Source of the DNA: Promethearchaeota archaeon
GTDB lineage: Archaea > Asgardarchaeota > Lokiarchaeia > Sigyniarchaeales > SOKP01
Direction of reading: 5' to 3'
Length of the DNA stretch: 32,000 bases
Assembly (NCBI GenBank): GCA_030606485.1
Contig: JAUWGH010000005.1
Span: 30,001-62,000 of the forward strand
In this document: positions 1 through 9,821 of the stretch, one piece after another
Position numbering within the stretch: the stretch's first letter is position 1
How the letters are laid out: each line of letters opens with the position of its first letter
The notes under the pieces: generated by a model
The model's database searches: none
What the model saw: only the letters and a program-made list of their open reading frames with translations
What the model was told of the DNA's origin: nothing
Position numbers and translations under genes: made by a program

Positions 1-1
1 T

Positions 2-247
2 GATGAATTATCGTTAGAGTTTAAAAATATCTGGGTTATCGGAAACAGATTTTCAGACGGAATTAAATCACTTTTAGAAGGAGAGGTCACAAAAATTCAC
101 AAAAAAAATGTTAATTTATTAGGTTTTATTCCCGAAGATGATGAGATTGGTGAATTTAATTTTATGGGAACGTCGATCTTGGAATTAAAAGAAAACAATA
201 AGGCATTTTTAGAATTTAGTAATATTATATCTAAAATTTTAAAATAA
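2..247 (+). CDS. C-terminal fragment of a CooC-like nickel-insertion ATPase (5' end outside window)
   Basis: Frame 2 is open from the window edge to TAA at 245-247: DELSLEFKNIWVIGNRF...LLGFIPEDDEIGEFNFMGTSILEL. This matches the C-terminal V(I/V)xNR and LGxIPxD pattern of CooC/MinD-like ATPases. Confidence 0.6.
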   Translation, partial: DELSLEFKNIWVIGNRFSDGIKSLLEGEVTKIHKKNVNLLGFIPEDDEIGEFNFMGTSILELKENNKAFLEFSNIISKILK

Positions 248-268
248 ATAAAACGTATAGGTTTTATT

Positions 269-1612
269 ATGACTGAAGAATCTATTCTTAATGAAATTGA
301 ATCTAATCGAGAGGAATATATAAAGTTTTTACAGCGATTAATTCAAATTAATACATATAATCCTCCAGGAAACGAAAAGGATTTGGCTGTTGAGATTGAA
401 AAATATTTGAAAGAAGCCGGTATTGAAAGTGAGATTTTTACTTTTGGAGATAATCGAGCTAATTTAATCGCCACATTAAATGATAATTTTGATGGCCCTA
501 ATCTTCTTTATAATGGGCATATGGATACGGTCCCTCCTTCCTCCTTGGATGATTGGAAATATGATCCTCTTTCTGGTTTCATTAAAAGAAACAAGATAAT
601 GTATGGGCGTGGAACTACGGATATGAAGTCAGGATTAGCAGGAATGATCATTGCTTTAAAAATACTCAAAAAATTAAATATAAATCTATCGGGCAATTTA
701 ATTTTAAATGCAGTTGCAGATGAGGAAGTCGGAGGTAAATTAGGAACTAAATGGTGCTTAGATAATAAATTAAAATCGATCAGATGTGATTTTGGAATTG
801 TTGGGGAATCAACAGGTTATAGTCCCTTACCAAAAGCGATCATTGTAGGGGAAAAAGGTATTTTACAAGTAAAAGTAGTCACAAATGGCGTTGCGTGTCA
901 TAGTTCAATATCTTTTCAGGGGAAAAATGCAATTTATATGATGTCAGAGATAATTCAAAATTTAGATAAGATCAAAATTCCTGAAGTTGCTCCTCCGATG
1001 CCAGAAAGTAAATTATTAAAACTCTTAAGTTCGGCTTTCCCAAATGAAGAGATTTTTAATAGAATTTATAATGAACAACCACAATTGGAAAGTATCGTGA
1101 AATCACTTTTGCAATCAACAAAAAGTATGAATATAATAAAAGGGGGGGTAAAAGAAAATGTTGTTCCAGATTATTGTGAATCAATTATAGATTTTAGGTT
1201 GTTACCAGGTCAAAAACCAGAAGTGATTATTAATGCATTAAAAAAATTGATTACAGATATTGGATATAAAATTAAAGATAGTCCTAAAGGAGATCCAAAC
1301 GAAGTTTTTGTTTATTTAGAAATTTTTAATATAGCAGAACCTTCATATTGGAAAGATTGGGAGGATTCTCAAGAAATAAAAGACTTTTTTAGTTTAGTAG
1401 AGAAAATCTATAGAAAAAAACCAATATACTTTTTATTTCCAGGAACAACAGATGCTCAATATTATCGTAATAGCAATTTTTGTCAAAAAGTAATAAATTT
1501 TGGTCCTGGAAATGCTGCAACAATGCACGCTATAAATGAAAATTTGGAGATTCAAGATTTTATTAATGCTATTAAAGTTTATACTCTATGGGCTTATAAT
1601 TTCCTAAAATAA
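269..1612 (+). CDS. M20 family metallopeptidase (ArgE/DapE-like)
   Basis: Motifs LYNGHMDTVP, GRGTTDMKSG, ADEEVGG, GE, GGVKENVVP and MHAINE; AGGT SD-like sequence before the ATG. Confidence 0.9.
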   Translation: MTEESILNEIESNREEYIKFLQRLIQINTYNPPGNEKDLAVEIEKYLKEAGIESEIFTFGDNRANLIATLNDNFDGPNLLYNGHMDTVPPSSLDDWKYDPLSGFIKRNKIMYGRGTTDMKSGLAGMIIALKILKKLNINLSGNLILNAVADEEVGGKLGTKWCLDNKLKSIRCDFGIVGESTGYSPLPKAIIVGEKGILQVKVVTNGVACHSSISFQGKNAIYMMSEIIQNLDKIKIPEVAPPMPESKLLKLLSSAFPNEEIFNRIYNEQPQLESIVKSLLQSTKSMNIIKGGVKENVVPDYCESIIDFRLLPGQKPEVIINALKKLITDIGYKIKDSPKGDPNEVFVYLEIFNIAEPSYWKDWEDSQEIKDFFSLVEKIYRKKPIYFLFPGTTDAQYYRNSNFCQKVINFGPGNAATMHAINENLEIQDFINAIKVYTLWAYNFLK

Positions 1613-1663
1613 AAATTATATTAGTAATTTATTTTGGATTTCAGAGTATTTTCCGAATATAAA

Positions 1664-3052
1664 TTAATTTGAATTTATGTAATTTACAATTTCTTTTCTT
1701 TTTTTAAGAGATTTTTTTGCAGCATTTTTAATCATAATTTCCATTTGTTCGTAGTCTTCCGGAGTTTTTTCTCCGATCTGCTTTTTTATTTTAGTGTAAG
1801 CAGATTCTCTAAATCTTGGAAGAATTGTTGCAGACTTTTTATCTGCAAATATAAATTTCACTTCATTTGATTCATCAACAAGACCAATCTCAGAACATTT
1901 AATGCCAATATCTTTTAAATCATTGATTATATTTTCGCTTATCTTTTCATCACAATATATCAGAAGTGAATCTAACGATATACCTAAATAATCTACTCCC
2001 GTTTTATTTAGAAGATCTAAGACTCTGGGATTCACTAATTCTTTTACTTTTTTCTCTTGAATTAATACCCCGCATTTTGCTTCATAATTAATCTCATATA
2101 GATCTCCTCTCAAACCTCCATTAGTCACATCACACATGCAATGGATCTTATCTGTGTAATCAGAAGACAACAATTTCTCACACGCTTTTAAGAATTTAAT
2201 ATTCAGAGTTTCCTTAACAACCTCATGATTACCTGAGTAAATCGCAGTAGTTGTGATCGTTCCACCTCCAGCTCCCTCAGTCATTAATATTTTATTGCCG
2301 GGAATTATATTTCGTCTAGCTAAAATTTTTTTACACACACCTACTGCAGCTATTCCCCCCACAAGCCGATCTCCAATTACCATATCACCCCCAATTCTTA
2401 AAGTAGACCCTGCAGTTATAGGAACATTAGTTAATTCGGAAATTGTCGAGATACCAGCCATAAAATCAAACAATTTGCTAATATCTGCGTCATCTCCTAG
2501 ATGAACATCTACCATAATTGAAATCGGTTTTGCTCCTTTAACGTATAAATCTCGAAGTGCAGCCCTTGTTACATGAAATCCGCAAATAAATGGAAAATCA
2601 CTTAATCGAGAGTGAATCCCTTCCATTTTCGAAACAATTAATACATCTGAACTGGTGAATTTTTTTCCTCTGAAATCACTATAATTCCCCAATTGAATTG
2701 CCCCAGCATCATCAAGAGAAGTGGGCGCTAAAAATGCCTTACTTTTCGTAATAGAAAGCTCAGCTATTAATTTATGCACAAAAAAATCTCCTAGACCCCT
2801 ACACCCAACTCCTTGTTTTCCAATTGAAACATTAGCTGTAGGAATTTCGAGTAGATTTTTAATAAATTTATTTCTTATCGAATTTGTATCACTCTTTACA
2901 CATTCTTCATAGATTGCATTTGATAATAATTCTGCATCTTGAGAAGATATATTTTTGTAATCAAGATATTCTTGCTTTAATCTTTCAATGATTTCAATTT
3001 TAGAATTTTGTTTTTTAAGTAAATTTCTTGTAAGACCTTCTAAATCACTCAT
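1664..3052 (-). CDS. AIR synthase-related (PurM/HypE-fold) protein, archaeal family of unknown function
   Basis: N-terminal DLEG, GVGCRGLGDFFVH, LDDAG, EGIHSRLSDFPF, GSTLRIGGDMVIGDR, DVTNGG and LGISLDSL. Confidence 0.8.
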   Translation of the reverse strand: MSDLEGLTRNLLKKQNSKIEIIERLKQEYLDYKNISSQDAELLSNAIYEECVKSDTNSIRNKFIKNLLEIPTANVSIGKQGVGCRGLGDFFVHKLIAELSITKSKAFLAPTSLDDAGAIQLGNYSDFRGKKFTSSDVLIVSKMEGIHSRLSDFPFICGFHVTRAALRDLYVKGAKPISIMVDVHLGDDADISKLFDFMAGISTISELTNVPITAGSTLRIGGDMVIGDRLVGGIAAVGVCKKILARRNIIPGNKILMTEGAGGGTITTTAIYSGNHEVVKETLNIKFLKACEKLLSSDYTDKIHCMCDVTNGGLRGDLYEINYEAKCGVLIQEKKVKELVNPRVLDLLNKTGVDYLGISLDSLLIYCDEKISENIINDLKDIGIKCSEIGLVDESNEVKFIFADKKSATILPRFRESAYTKIKKQIGEKTPEDYEQMEIMIKNAAKKSLKKRKEIVNYINSN

Positions 3053-3149
3053 TTTTGTTTCACAAATTTAATAAACTTAAAAATTAATGATATGCTAGAA
3101 TATTTGATAGTAGTTATTTATTTTTGTCAATTGCCTCGGTGAAGTTATA

Positions 3150-4157
3150 ATCAAAATCACTATAAAAACCCCGTGTAGGGTACACTTCTCTTTAATTGAT
3201 GAGAATGGGTATACTGGCAGAATTGATGGTGGAATTGGTCTTATGTTAGAATCCCCTAATATTGTGATAGAGGTTTCAGATAATTCTGATGGGTTAAAAA
3301 TTGAAATTGATGAACCTCATGATGGATTTTTAACAACCATTAAAGAAAAAACTGAGGCGATAACAAATGCTCTTAATGTTAAAAATAAGAATTACCATTT
3401 CATAATTAAGGAATATTATCCAGAACATTTAGGAATTGGATCAAAAACTCAATTAAGCTTAGCAATCGGTTTAGCAATAGCTAAATTAGAAGGGGCAAAT
3501 TTACCCATAGAAAAGATTACCAAAATAGTTGGGAGAGGAGGTACATCCGGAATTGGGTGGAGGGGTTTTGAACAAGGTGGTTTTATCTTAGATGCGGGGC
3601 ACGATTTCGGTAATGGAAAAGAGAAAGAAACTTACTTACCTTCTTCAGCCTCTTCATCAGCAAATCCAGCTTTAACTCTCATTAGATACCCTATTCCTGA
3701 GAATTGGAGGTTTGTAGTAATTCTTCCTAAAGTAAAACAAGGAGCTCATAACCAAGAAGAAGTAAATATTTTCCAAGAATTTGCGCCCATTAATCGAGAA
3801 GAAGTTAATGAAGTTTCCCATCAAATTATCATGAAAATTTTACCGGGATTAATAAAAAACGATTTAAATTGCTTTGGACAAGGAATAAAACGGATTCAAA
3901 AAATTGGTTTCAAGAAAATCGAAATAGAATTACAAGATCTAATCGTTAAAAAACTAATGAAATTTTTAGAAGCCGAAGGAGTAAAAGCTTATGGAATGTC
4001 CTCTTTTGGACCATGCATAGTTGCAATTACTGAAAATGATGAGTCTGCAAACATTTTAAAACCTAAATGTGAAGAATTTCTTAAAGACTTCGGAGGCACT
4101 GTGATAATTGCAAAACCTAATAATACTGGAGCAGAAATAAAAATTGAAGAAGAATAA
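3150..4157 (+). CDS. mptG: beta-ribofuranosylaminobenzene 5'-phosphate (RFAP) synthase, GHMP kinase family; probable ATC (3150) or ATA (3147) start
   Basis: The frame extends upstream of the ATG at 3243 as KITIKTPCRVHFSLIDENGYTGRIDGGIG, the family N-terminal PxRxH...GRxDGGxG motif. Also HLGIGSKTQL, GRGGTSGIG, GGFILDAGH and GMSSFGP. In-frame TAG at 3111; GGTGA at 3138-3142. Confidence 0.9.
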   Translation: MKITIKTPCRVHFSLIDENGYTGRIDGGIGLMLESPNIVIEVSDNSDGLKIEIDEPHDGFLTTIKEKTEAITNALNVKNKNYHFIIKEYYPEHLGIGSKTQLSLAIGLAIAKLEGANLPIEKITKIVGRGGTSGIGWRGFEQGGFILDAGHDFGNGKEKETYLPSSASSSANPALTLIRYPIPENWRFVVILPKVKQGAHNQEEVNIFQEFAPINREEVNEVSHQIIMKILPGLIKNDLNCFGQGIKRIQKIGFKKIEIELQDLIVKKLMKFLEAEGVKAYGMSSFGPCIVAITENDESANILKPKCEEFLKDFGGTVIIAKPNNTGAEIKIEEE

Positions 4158-4548
4158 CACTGAAGAAAAAATTAAAATTCATTTTGCAAAAGATCTTACG
4201 GATAAAGAAAGGGCAACATTTGAGACAGGTATTAAATTAGGTGCCCTTTATCACATTTTATGCGGAATTCCTATTAATACAAATGAAAATGTCATTAAAT
4301 CGATTGAAAATGGTATAGAACAAGCAATATCTTGTCAACCTTACGTAAAATCTGTAAAAATAAACCTCAGAAGAGAAAATTTAAAAGGAAAAAAAGAAAA
4401 TGAATTCGATTACGATGAAATCTCTGGTAAAACAATAGAAGCTGACCTAGTAGTTCAATTTAAGAAGGTTGAAGTTAAAGCAAAAATAAAATGGATAGAA
4501 GATTTTGAATACCCCTTGATGTATATTGCAGAACTAAATGAACTTTAA
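4144..4548 (+). CDS. mptD: Archaeal dihydroneopterin aldolase (MptD family)
   Basis: TDKERATFETGIKLGALYH, AISCQPYVKSV and WIEDFEYPLMYI; TTG start overlapping the mptG stop. Confidence 0.85.
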   Translation: MKKNNTEEKIKIHFAKDLTDKERATFETGIKLGALYHILCGIPINTNENVIKSIENGIEQAISCQPYVKSVKINLRRENLKGKKENEFDYDEISGKTIEADLVVQFKKVEVKAKIKWIEDFEYPLMYIAELNEL

Positions 4549-4553
4549 TTTCT

Positions 4554-5795
4554 TTAAGTATTTGATGAATATTTATCTAACACATAGACACGATCATTTT
4601 CCTTGACAGGAATATCAACTAATATTCCAATGGTTAATCGATTATCTTTTGATGCTACTGGAGTTTCTGTTACAACCTTTTTCTTAATTTGAAGTGATGA
4701 TATCTTTTGTCGAAGATAAGTATCGGTTTTTATTCCCATTATAATTATCTCATCTCCCACTTTTAATTGACCCCATGTAAGTAATATCTTTGCTGCTTTT
4801 TTCTTTCGAAAATAACTAAGAACACGCCCAATTTCCCTTTTTCTAAACTCTGAAACATTTCCAGATGTCTCGCGTTCAATTTCAGTGACTTGGGGTTGAC
4901 CGAAATAAAACCCCGTAGAAAACCCTCTATTATATACTTTATTCAATTCCTTTAACCAGTTTTTTACCTTTTCCTCTGTGAAAGTTCCAGCATAATGTGA
5001 GTCTATTGCTTCCCGATAACATTTTGAAGTTATCTCCACATAAAGTGCATCGCGCATTCTACCCTCAATCTTAAAAGCATCAATATTGGCCTCAATAAGC
5101 TGTGGAATATATTCAATCATGCATAAATCTTTTGTATTCAAAAAATAAACTCCATCGTAAATAAAACTTTTACCAGTATCATCAGTGACAATCCAACTCC
5201 TCCTACAAGGTTGTATACACTTTCCCCTATTAGCGGAGAATTCAGATGATTCTAAAACATCGGCTGAGAAATAACATCTTCCTGATATTGAAGTGCATTG
5301 TGCCCCATGTACAAAGGTCTCGATTTCTGCCTTCTTTAATTTCAGTTTAATTTCTTTTATTTGCTTAAGGGAGAGTTCTCTAGCAAGTATAAGCCTATTC
5401 GCCCCTAAACTTTCATAATATTTTGCAGATATAGAATTTGATATACTTGCTTGTGTTGAAATATGAAAATCAAGGTTTCTTTCTTTTGCTAATTCGATTG
5501 CACCTACATCATGAACAATAACCGCGTCAATTTCTGCGGCTGCAGCCTTATCTAAAACCTGCGCAAGTGTTTCTATTTCATTTTCGTAAATAATAATATT
5601 GGTTGTTAGATACGTTTGAATATTATTTTCATGGCAAAATTTAACAACCTTTGGTAATTCTTCCAATTTAAAATTGTCTGCCATCATTCGCATGTTTAAA
5701 ATTTCGATTCCGAAATAAACAGCATCAGCATTGCCCAGCATTGCTTTAAGAGATTTCCAATTCTTTGCGGGGCACATTAATTCTACTCTACTCAT
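4554..5795 (-). CDS. U32 peptidase-family Fe-S protein (TrhP/RlhA-like, probably RNA hydroxylation)
   Basis: ELMCPA, DAVYFG, HISTQAS, LARELSL, the Cys cluster HGAQCTSISGRCYFS...NRGKCIQPCR, and FKIEGR. Confidence 0.88.
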   Translation of the reverse strand: MSRVELMCPAKNWKSLKAMLGNADAVYFGIEILNMRMMADNFKLEELPKVVKFCHENNIQTYLTTNIIIYENEIETLAQVLDKAAAAEIDAVIVHDVGAIELAKERNLDFHISTQASISNSISAKYYESLGANRLILARELSLKQIKEIKLKLKKAEIETFVHGAQCTSISGRCYFSADVLESSEFSANRGKCIQPCRRSWIVTDDTGKSFIYDGVYFLNTKDLCMIEYIPQLIEANIDAFKIEGRMRDALYVEITSKCYREAIDSHYAGTFTEEKVKNWLKELNKVYNRGFSTGFYFGQPQVTEIERETSGNVSEFRKREIGRVLSYFRKKKAAKILLTWGQLKVGDEIIIMGIKTDTYLRQKISSLQIKKKVVTETPVASKDNRLTIGILVDIPVKENDRVYVLDKYSSNT

Positions 5796-5907
5796 TACTA
5801 CTCTAATTTATAATTATTTCCTCTCTAATTAAATATGTTGCTTTTATAATTCTTAAAAGATAATAATTTCAATTTTAAAATTGTAAAATTAGTATTATGG
5901 AATTTTT

Positions 5908-6597
5908 TCAATTAAATTTTATATTTTTTTCTATATAACTCACTATAAAATCCATAGTTTCTATTGCTTTATCATTTTTAGCAAAATTTTTAATTTGTTC
6001 ATTATAATACAATATCTTATCATAGATTTTTTCATACATTTCCTTATTTTCTTTTTTAACTGCAATTTTTAACCTTGTTGCGAGAATAATTGATTCAAGA
6101 GCAAGATTTTCAGCCCGGTTTTTAAGATGAAATGATTCTTGTATCTTTATAAAATCAATAATTTTAAAATTGGCTTGGAGAACATTATTTTCCCCAAGAT
6201 GAGTGGCTTTAGTTATTATTTTGTGCTCATTCAACTTCCCAAAAATTACTCCCCACGATTCCTTTAAGTAAGGAATTTCATCTTTAAAATCATAATAGGA
6301 ATCTGGAAATTCTCTTTTAGTTTGACCCAAATTCTCACCCAATAACGCGGCCTGTGCATAGAAATAAATATTATCAACAAAATTGATTGAAACATATGTA
6401 AATTTAATCAAATTCTTATATGTATCTGTCTCAAGATACGGAGTCATCTGAAATGTATTATTATCAAGGAATTTAACGCCCATACAAGCAGAATTGGGTA
6501 AAATAATTTTTTCCTTTTCTAATTTTGTAAGAGTTACAGCAATTGCTTCGTATAGACGATTAAAGTTAATTCCGAATAATTCTTTAATGCTGCTCAT
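5908..6597 (-). CDS. DUF447 family protein (split-barrel, possibly flavin-binding)
   Basis: Pattern YEAIAVT...PNSACMGV...TYKNL...INFVDN...PYL...NRAENLALESIILATRL, recalled for DUF447. Confidence 0.7.
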   Translation of the reverse strand: MSSIKELFGINFNRLYEAIAVTLTKLEKEKIILPNSACMGVKFLDNNTFQMTPYLETDTYKNLIKFTYVSINFVDNIYFYAQAALLGENLGQTKREFPDSYYDFKDEIPYLKESWGVIFGKLNEHKIITKATHLGENNVLQANFKIIDFIKIQESFHLKNRAENLALESIILATRLKIAVKKENKEMYEKIYDKILYYNEQIKNFAKNDKAIETMDFIVSYIEKNIKFN

Positions 6598-6651
6598 AGT
6601 TCAATTTATTTAAAAATGAAATATATAAAAAAGTTGTTTATTTAAAATTAT

Positions 6652-7977
6652 TTATTTTTTAATCAATGATTCGAGTCTTTTTGTAAATATTTTTTCTGTT
6701 GCATCCATTTCAGGTACAACATTTTTAAGCACGCCAATCCAAAAGAAGGGAATAAGAATCCAAAAGAAAATTGATATTAACATTCCATAAACAAAACCAA
6801 ATGTATCAGCAAAAATCGAACCGATCAAGGGGCCTATAGCTCTTCCAATAATATCAAAGAAATTAGAGGTTGCAAGCACTGTCCCACGATGTTCAGGAAG
6901 GTTTAAATCTACGACCGTTGCATACCAATTACCATTTACAGCGCCATTTATAAATATTCCAATCATGAACAATATTAACCAAATTAGAATTCCGGGCATT
7001 AAATCCGGAGCTCTAAATGGTATAATTAAAGCAATGAAGATAAATGGAATAGGAACTATATTTCCCAATAATGCAAGTTTTACACGTGCTTTTTTGCTGC
7101 CTTTTTTGAATTGTTTATCTCCAATAAAACCAAATACTATAGTCCCAATTAGTGTGGCAAGTAGAATGAGTATTAAATAAATCAAAGTTACATCAGAAGA
7201 AATCCCATGATAGTCTTCCATATAAGCAAAGAGCAAAAATAATATAATACCAGTGGGAATTGTATCAACGAAATTAATAATTAACCAAATATTGGCTTTC
7301 TTTTTAAAGATTACTTTCAGGTCAGAAAAATTTATCCTATATGTATATTCCAATGCATCTTTTTCAAGCATATATGAATAATCTCTGCCAGCTCGAGATG
7401 GTTCTCTGAAAAAAATAAAGAGTAGAGCACTAATAAACCCGGCAATGCCTATAATTGAATAAGAAATACGCCAATCAATATTACCTAGAAATGTTGCTAA
7501 ACCCGTTCCGACGACCATTCCTATTAACGATGATATTGAAAAGAAAGAGAAACCCTTAGATCGATCCTCTTTAGAGACAATATCACCAATCAATGAGAAG
7601 ATACACGGAATCAGAGCGCCATATCCAATTCCTGTCATGATAGTTAAGAAGAGAAACAAAAAATATCCATTCAAATCTGGCGGAATGAAGATAGTAATAA
7701 ATGAAAATATTGAAAAAATTATCGTTCCAATGAAAACAATCCATTTTCTTATTATTTTATCTGCTAAAAAGCCAAATATTAACATTGCTATTCCTGTTAA
7801 GATAGTAAATGAAAATGTGAGTATTCCTAAGGGAGTAGTATTTCCTCCAAATCCAAAATAGTTTGAAATAATGAGGAGATTTGGAGAAATCATATTTGAA
7901 ATGGATGAAATTAACGTAACGATCGTTATAAACAAAATTATTGATAAAATGGGGATATTTTTTGAATTAGCATTCAT
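6652..7977 (-). CDS. MFS transporter
   Basis: About 12 hydrophobic segments; motif A (FGFLADKIIRK; FGFIGDK); EDRSKG and EHRGT. Confidence 0.9.
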   Translation of the reverse strand: MNANSKNIPILSIILFITIVTLISSISNMISPNLLIISNYFGFGGNTTPLGILTFSFTILTGIAMLIFGFLADKIIRKWIVFIGTIIFSIFSFITIFIPPDLNGYFLFLFLTIMTGIGYGALIPCIFSLIGDIVSKEDRSKGFSFFSISSLIGMVVGTGLATFLGNIDWRISYSIIGIAGFISALLFIFFREPSRAGRDYSYMLEKDALEYTYRINFSDLKVIFKKKANIWLIINFVDTIPTGIILFLLFAYMEDYHGISSDVTLIYLILILLATLIGTIVFGFIGDKQFKKGSKKARVKLALLGNIVPIPFIFIALIIPFRAPDLMPGILIWLILFMIGIFINGAVNGNWYATVVDLNLPEHRGTVLATSNFFDIIGRAIGPLIGSIFADTFGFVYGMLISIFFWILIPFFWIGVLKNVVPEMDATEKIFTKRLESLIKK

Positions 7978-8055
7978 ACTATTAATTTAATTAGGATTGT
8001 ATAAAAAGATTCAATTTGATTAAAAACAAGTTCTAATTTCCAAATTTAAACTCTT

Positions 8056-8859
8056 TTAAAAAGGTCCTTTTATGAAACCTCCATCTACTTGAATAACCGT
8101 TCCGGTTATATAACTAGCCTTTTCGGACGCTAAAAATATGACTAAATTGGCAAGCTCTTCAGGTTTTCCCAATCGACCTAAGGGAATTTGGTTTGTCCAT
8201 GATTTTTTAACTTCTATTTCCGATTTTCCTGTTTCTTTAGCAGTTTTTTTAATTAATACTTTCATTCTATCGGTTAAATTTGGTCCAGGACATACGATAT
8301 TGACTAAAATATTATCTTTTGCATATTCGCTAGCGAGAGTTTTTGCATAACCAACAATCCCAAGGCGTGTTGTATTTGATAAAACCAAATTTTTTAAAGG
8401 TTGCTTTACTGAAACTGAAGTTATTGCTATAATCCTACCTGATTTTTGCTTCTGCATTATTGGCAATATCATTCGAGTAATCCAAATAAAAGAAAGTAAA
8501 TTCAAATCAATAGAATTTAACCACTCTTTTTTAGTAATTTTATTTGTTGGACCCGATGGTGGACCTCCAGCGTTATGCACTAAAATATCAATTCTCCCAA
8601 ATTCTTCTATGACTTTATCAACAAGATTCTTTATATCGCCTTCTTTCAATAAATCTGCAATTACCAAAATAACTTTATTTCCTTTCATTATGGATTTAAT
8701 TTGTTCAATTTCTTTTTTTGCTTTTTCTAAATTCTCCATTGATCTACTACAAATCACAACATTTACTCCTTCTTCATAAAGACCTTTAGCACAAGCTAAC
8801 CCTAACCCCTTACTTGATGCTAAAACTAAAGCAACCTTTCGTTCCAATCCTAAATTCAT
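8056..8859 (-). CDS. Short-chain dehydrogenase/reductase (3-oxoacyl-ACP reductase-like subfamily)
   Basis: ALVLASSKGLG, DILVHNAGGP, LSNTTR, NIVCPG, IPLGRLGKPEE and YITGTVIQVDGG. Confidence 0.9.
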   Translation of the reverse strand: MNLGLERKVALVLASSKGLGLACAKGLYEEGVNVVICSRSMENLEKAKKEIEQIKSIMKGNKVILVIADLLKEGDIKNLVDKVIEEFGRIDILVHNAGGPPSGPTNKITKKEWLNSIDLNLLSFIWITRMILPIMQKQKSGRIIAITSVSVKQPLKNLVLSNTTRLGIVGYAKTLASEYAKDNILVNIVCPGPNLTDRMKVLIKKTAKETGKSEIEVKKSWTNQIPLGRLGKPEELANLVIFLASEKASYITGTVIQVDGGFIKGPF

Positions 8860-9028
8860 AAATAATCTCTCATTTTCTATTACTAATTATGTCAGTTTTA
8901 TTACTTAAATTATTTTTTTATTAGAATTAAATTATTTCCCTATTTTTTTTATGAAATAACATATTTTTAATATATCATTTTCCAATATATCAATCTCCGA
9001 TATATTTAAATATCCTTTCTTCTATGAA

Positions 9029-9056
9029 TTATATATATCTAAACAGATATATATAA
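9029..9056. promoter_or_regulatory. Perfect 12-bp inverted repeat, candidate PadR operator
   Basis: TTATATATATCT-AAAC-AGATATATATAA about 60 bp upstream of the padR start. A related AATATATC-N7-GATATATT lies at 8984-9006. Confidence 0.5.
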
Positions 9057-9113
9057 AAAAATATATATTTTGAATAGATTAATAATTTGTTTAAATTGGT
9101 GAATTAAAAAAAA

Positions 9114-9761
9114 ATGTTTTTTGGCAAGAGATTCAGCGGATATCATGGCGGTCATTCATCAGGATTGGATATATTAGTATTATCAATGATAAAGAACAAT
9201 GATGGTATTTCTGGATATGAAATAATTCAAAAAATAAATAGAAAATTTAAAAATGTATGGAGAGCTTCATCCGGTACAATTTATCCACTCTTAAATCGAT
9301 TAGCAGAACAACAATTCGTTGATATTGAGGAAAAAACTGAAAATAATAGATTAAAAAAGATTTATAGGATCACCAAAAGGGGCATTGAAGGATTAAAAAA
9401 AGTGTTAGAAAATAATCTCCAACCAAATATAGATACGCTTGGTGATTATATACAAACAGTTTTAAAGGCAATACCAAGTAAAAAACATTTTGAACAAATG
9501 TTTGGCTGCTTTCCTTATACATTTCCAGAATACCCAAAACTTGATAAAAAAATTGACAAATCTGACTATTCTCCACGTAATATAGAACGAATTGAAAGTA
9601 TCATTCAGGAATTAGAAGAGAAAAAAATATACTTTACAGATAGAATTCACAAGCTTGATAATAGTTTAGAGGATTATAAAAAAATTCTCGAGAAACTCAA
9701 GAAAGAAAAAGAAAAACATACAAAAATTATTCCAATAATCGATGATGATGAAGAATTCTAG
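9114..9761 (+). CDS. PadR-family transcriptional regulator with C-terminal coiled coil
   Basis: ISGYEIIQKI...WRASSGTIYPLLNRL...KKIYRITKRG winged helix; GGTGA SD at about 9098. Confidence 0.9.
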   Translation: MFFGKRFSGYHGGHSSGLDILVLSMIKNNDGISGYEIIQKINRKFKNVWRASSGTIYPLLNRLAEQQFVDIEEKTENNRLKKIYRITKRGIEGLKKVLENNLQPNIDTLGDYIQTVLKAIPSKKHFEQMFGCFPYTFPEYPKLDKKIDKSDYSPRNIERIESIIQELEEKKIYFTDRIHKLDNSLEDYKKILEKLKKEKEKHTKIIPIIDDDEEF

Positions 9762-9821
9762 AAATTTAATCAAATTAAATGAATTTAATAAATAAGAATA
9801 ATAAAAAAGAGGAAAAAAAAA

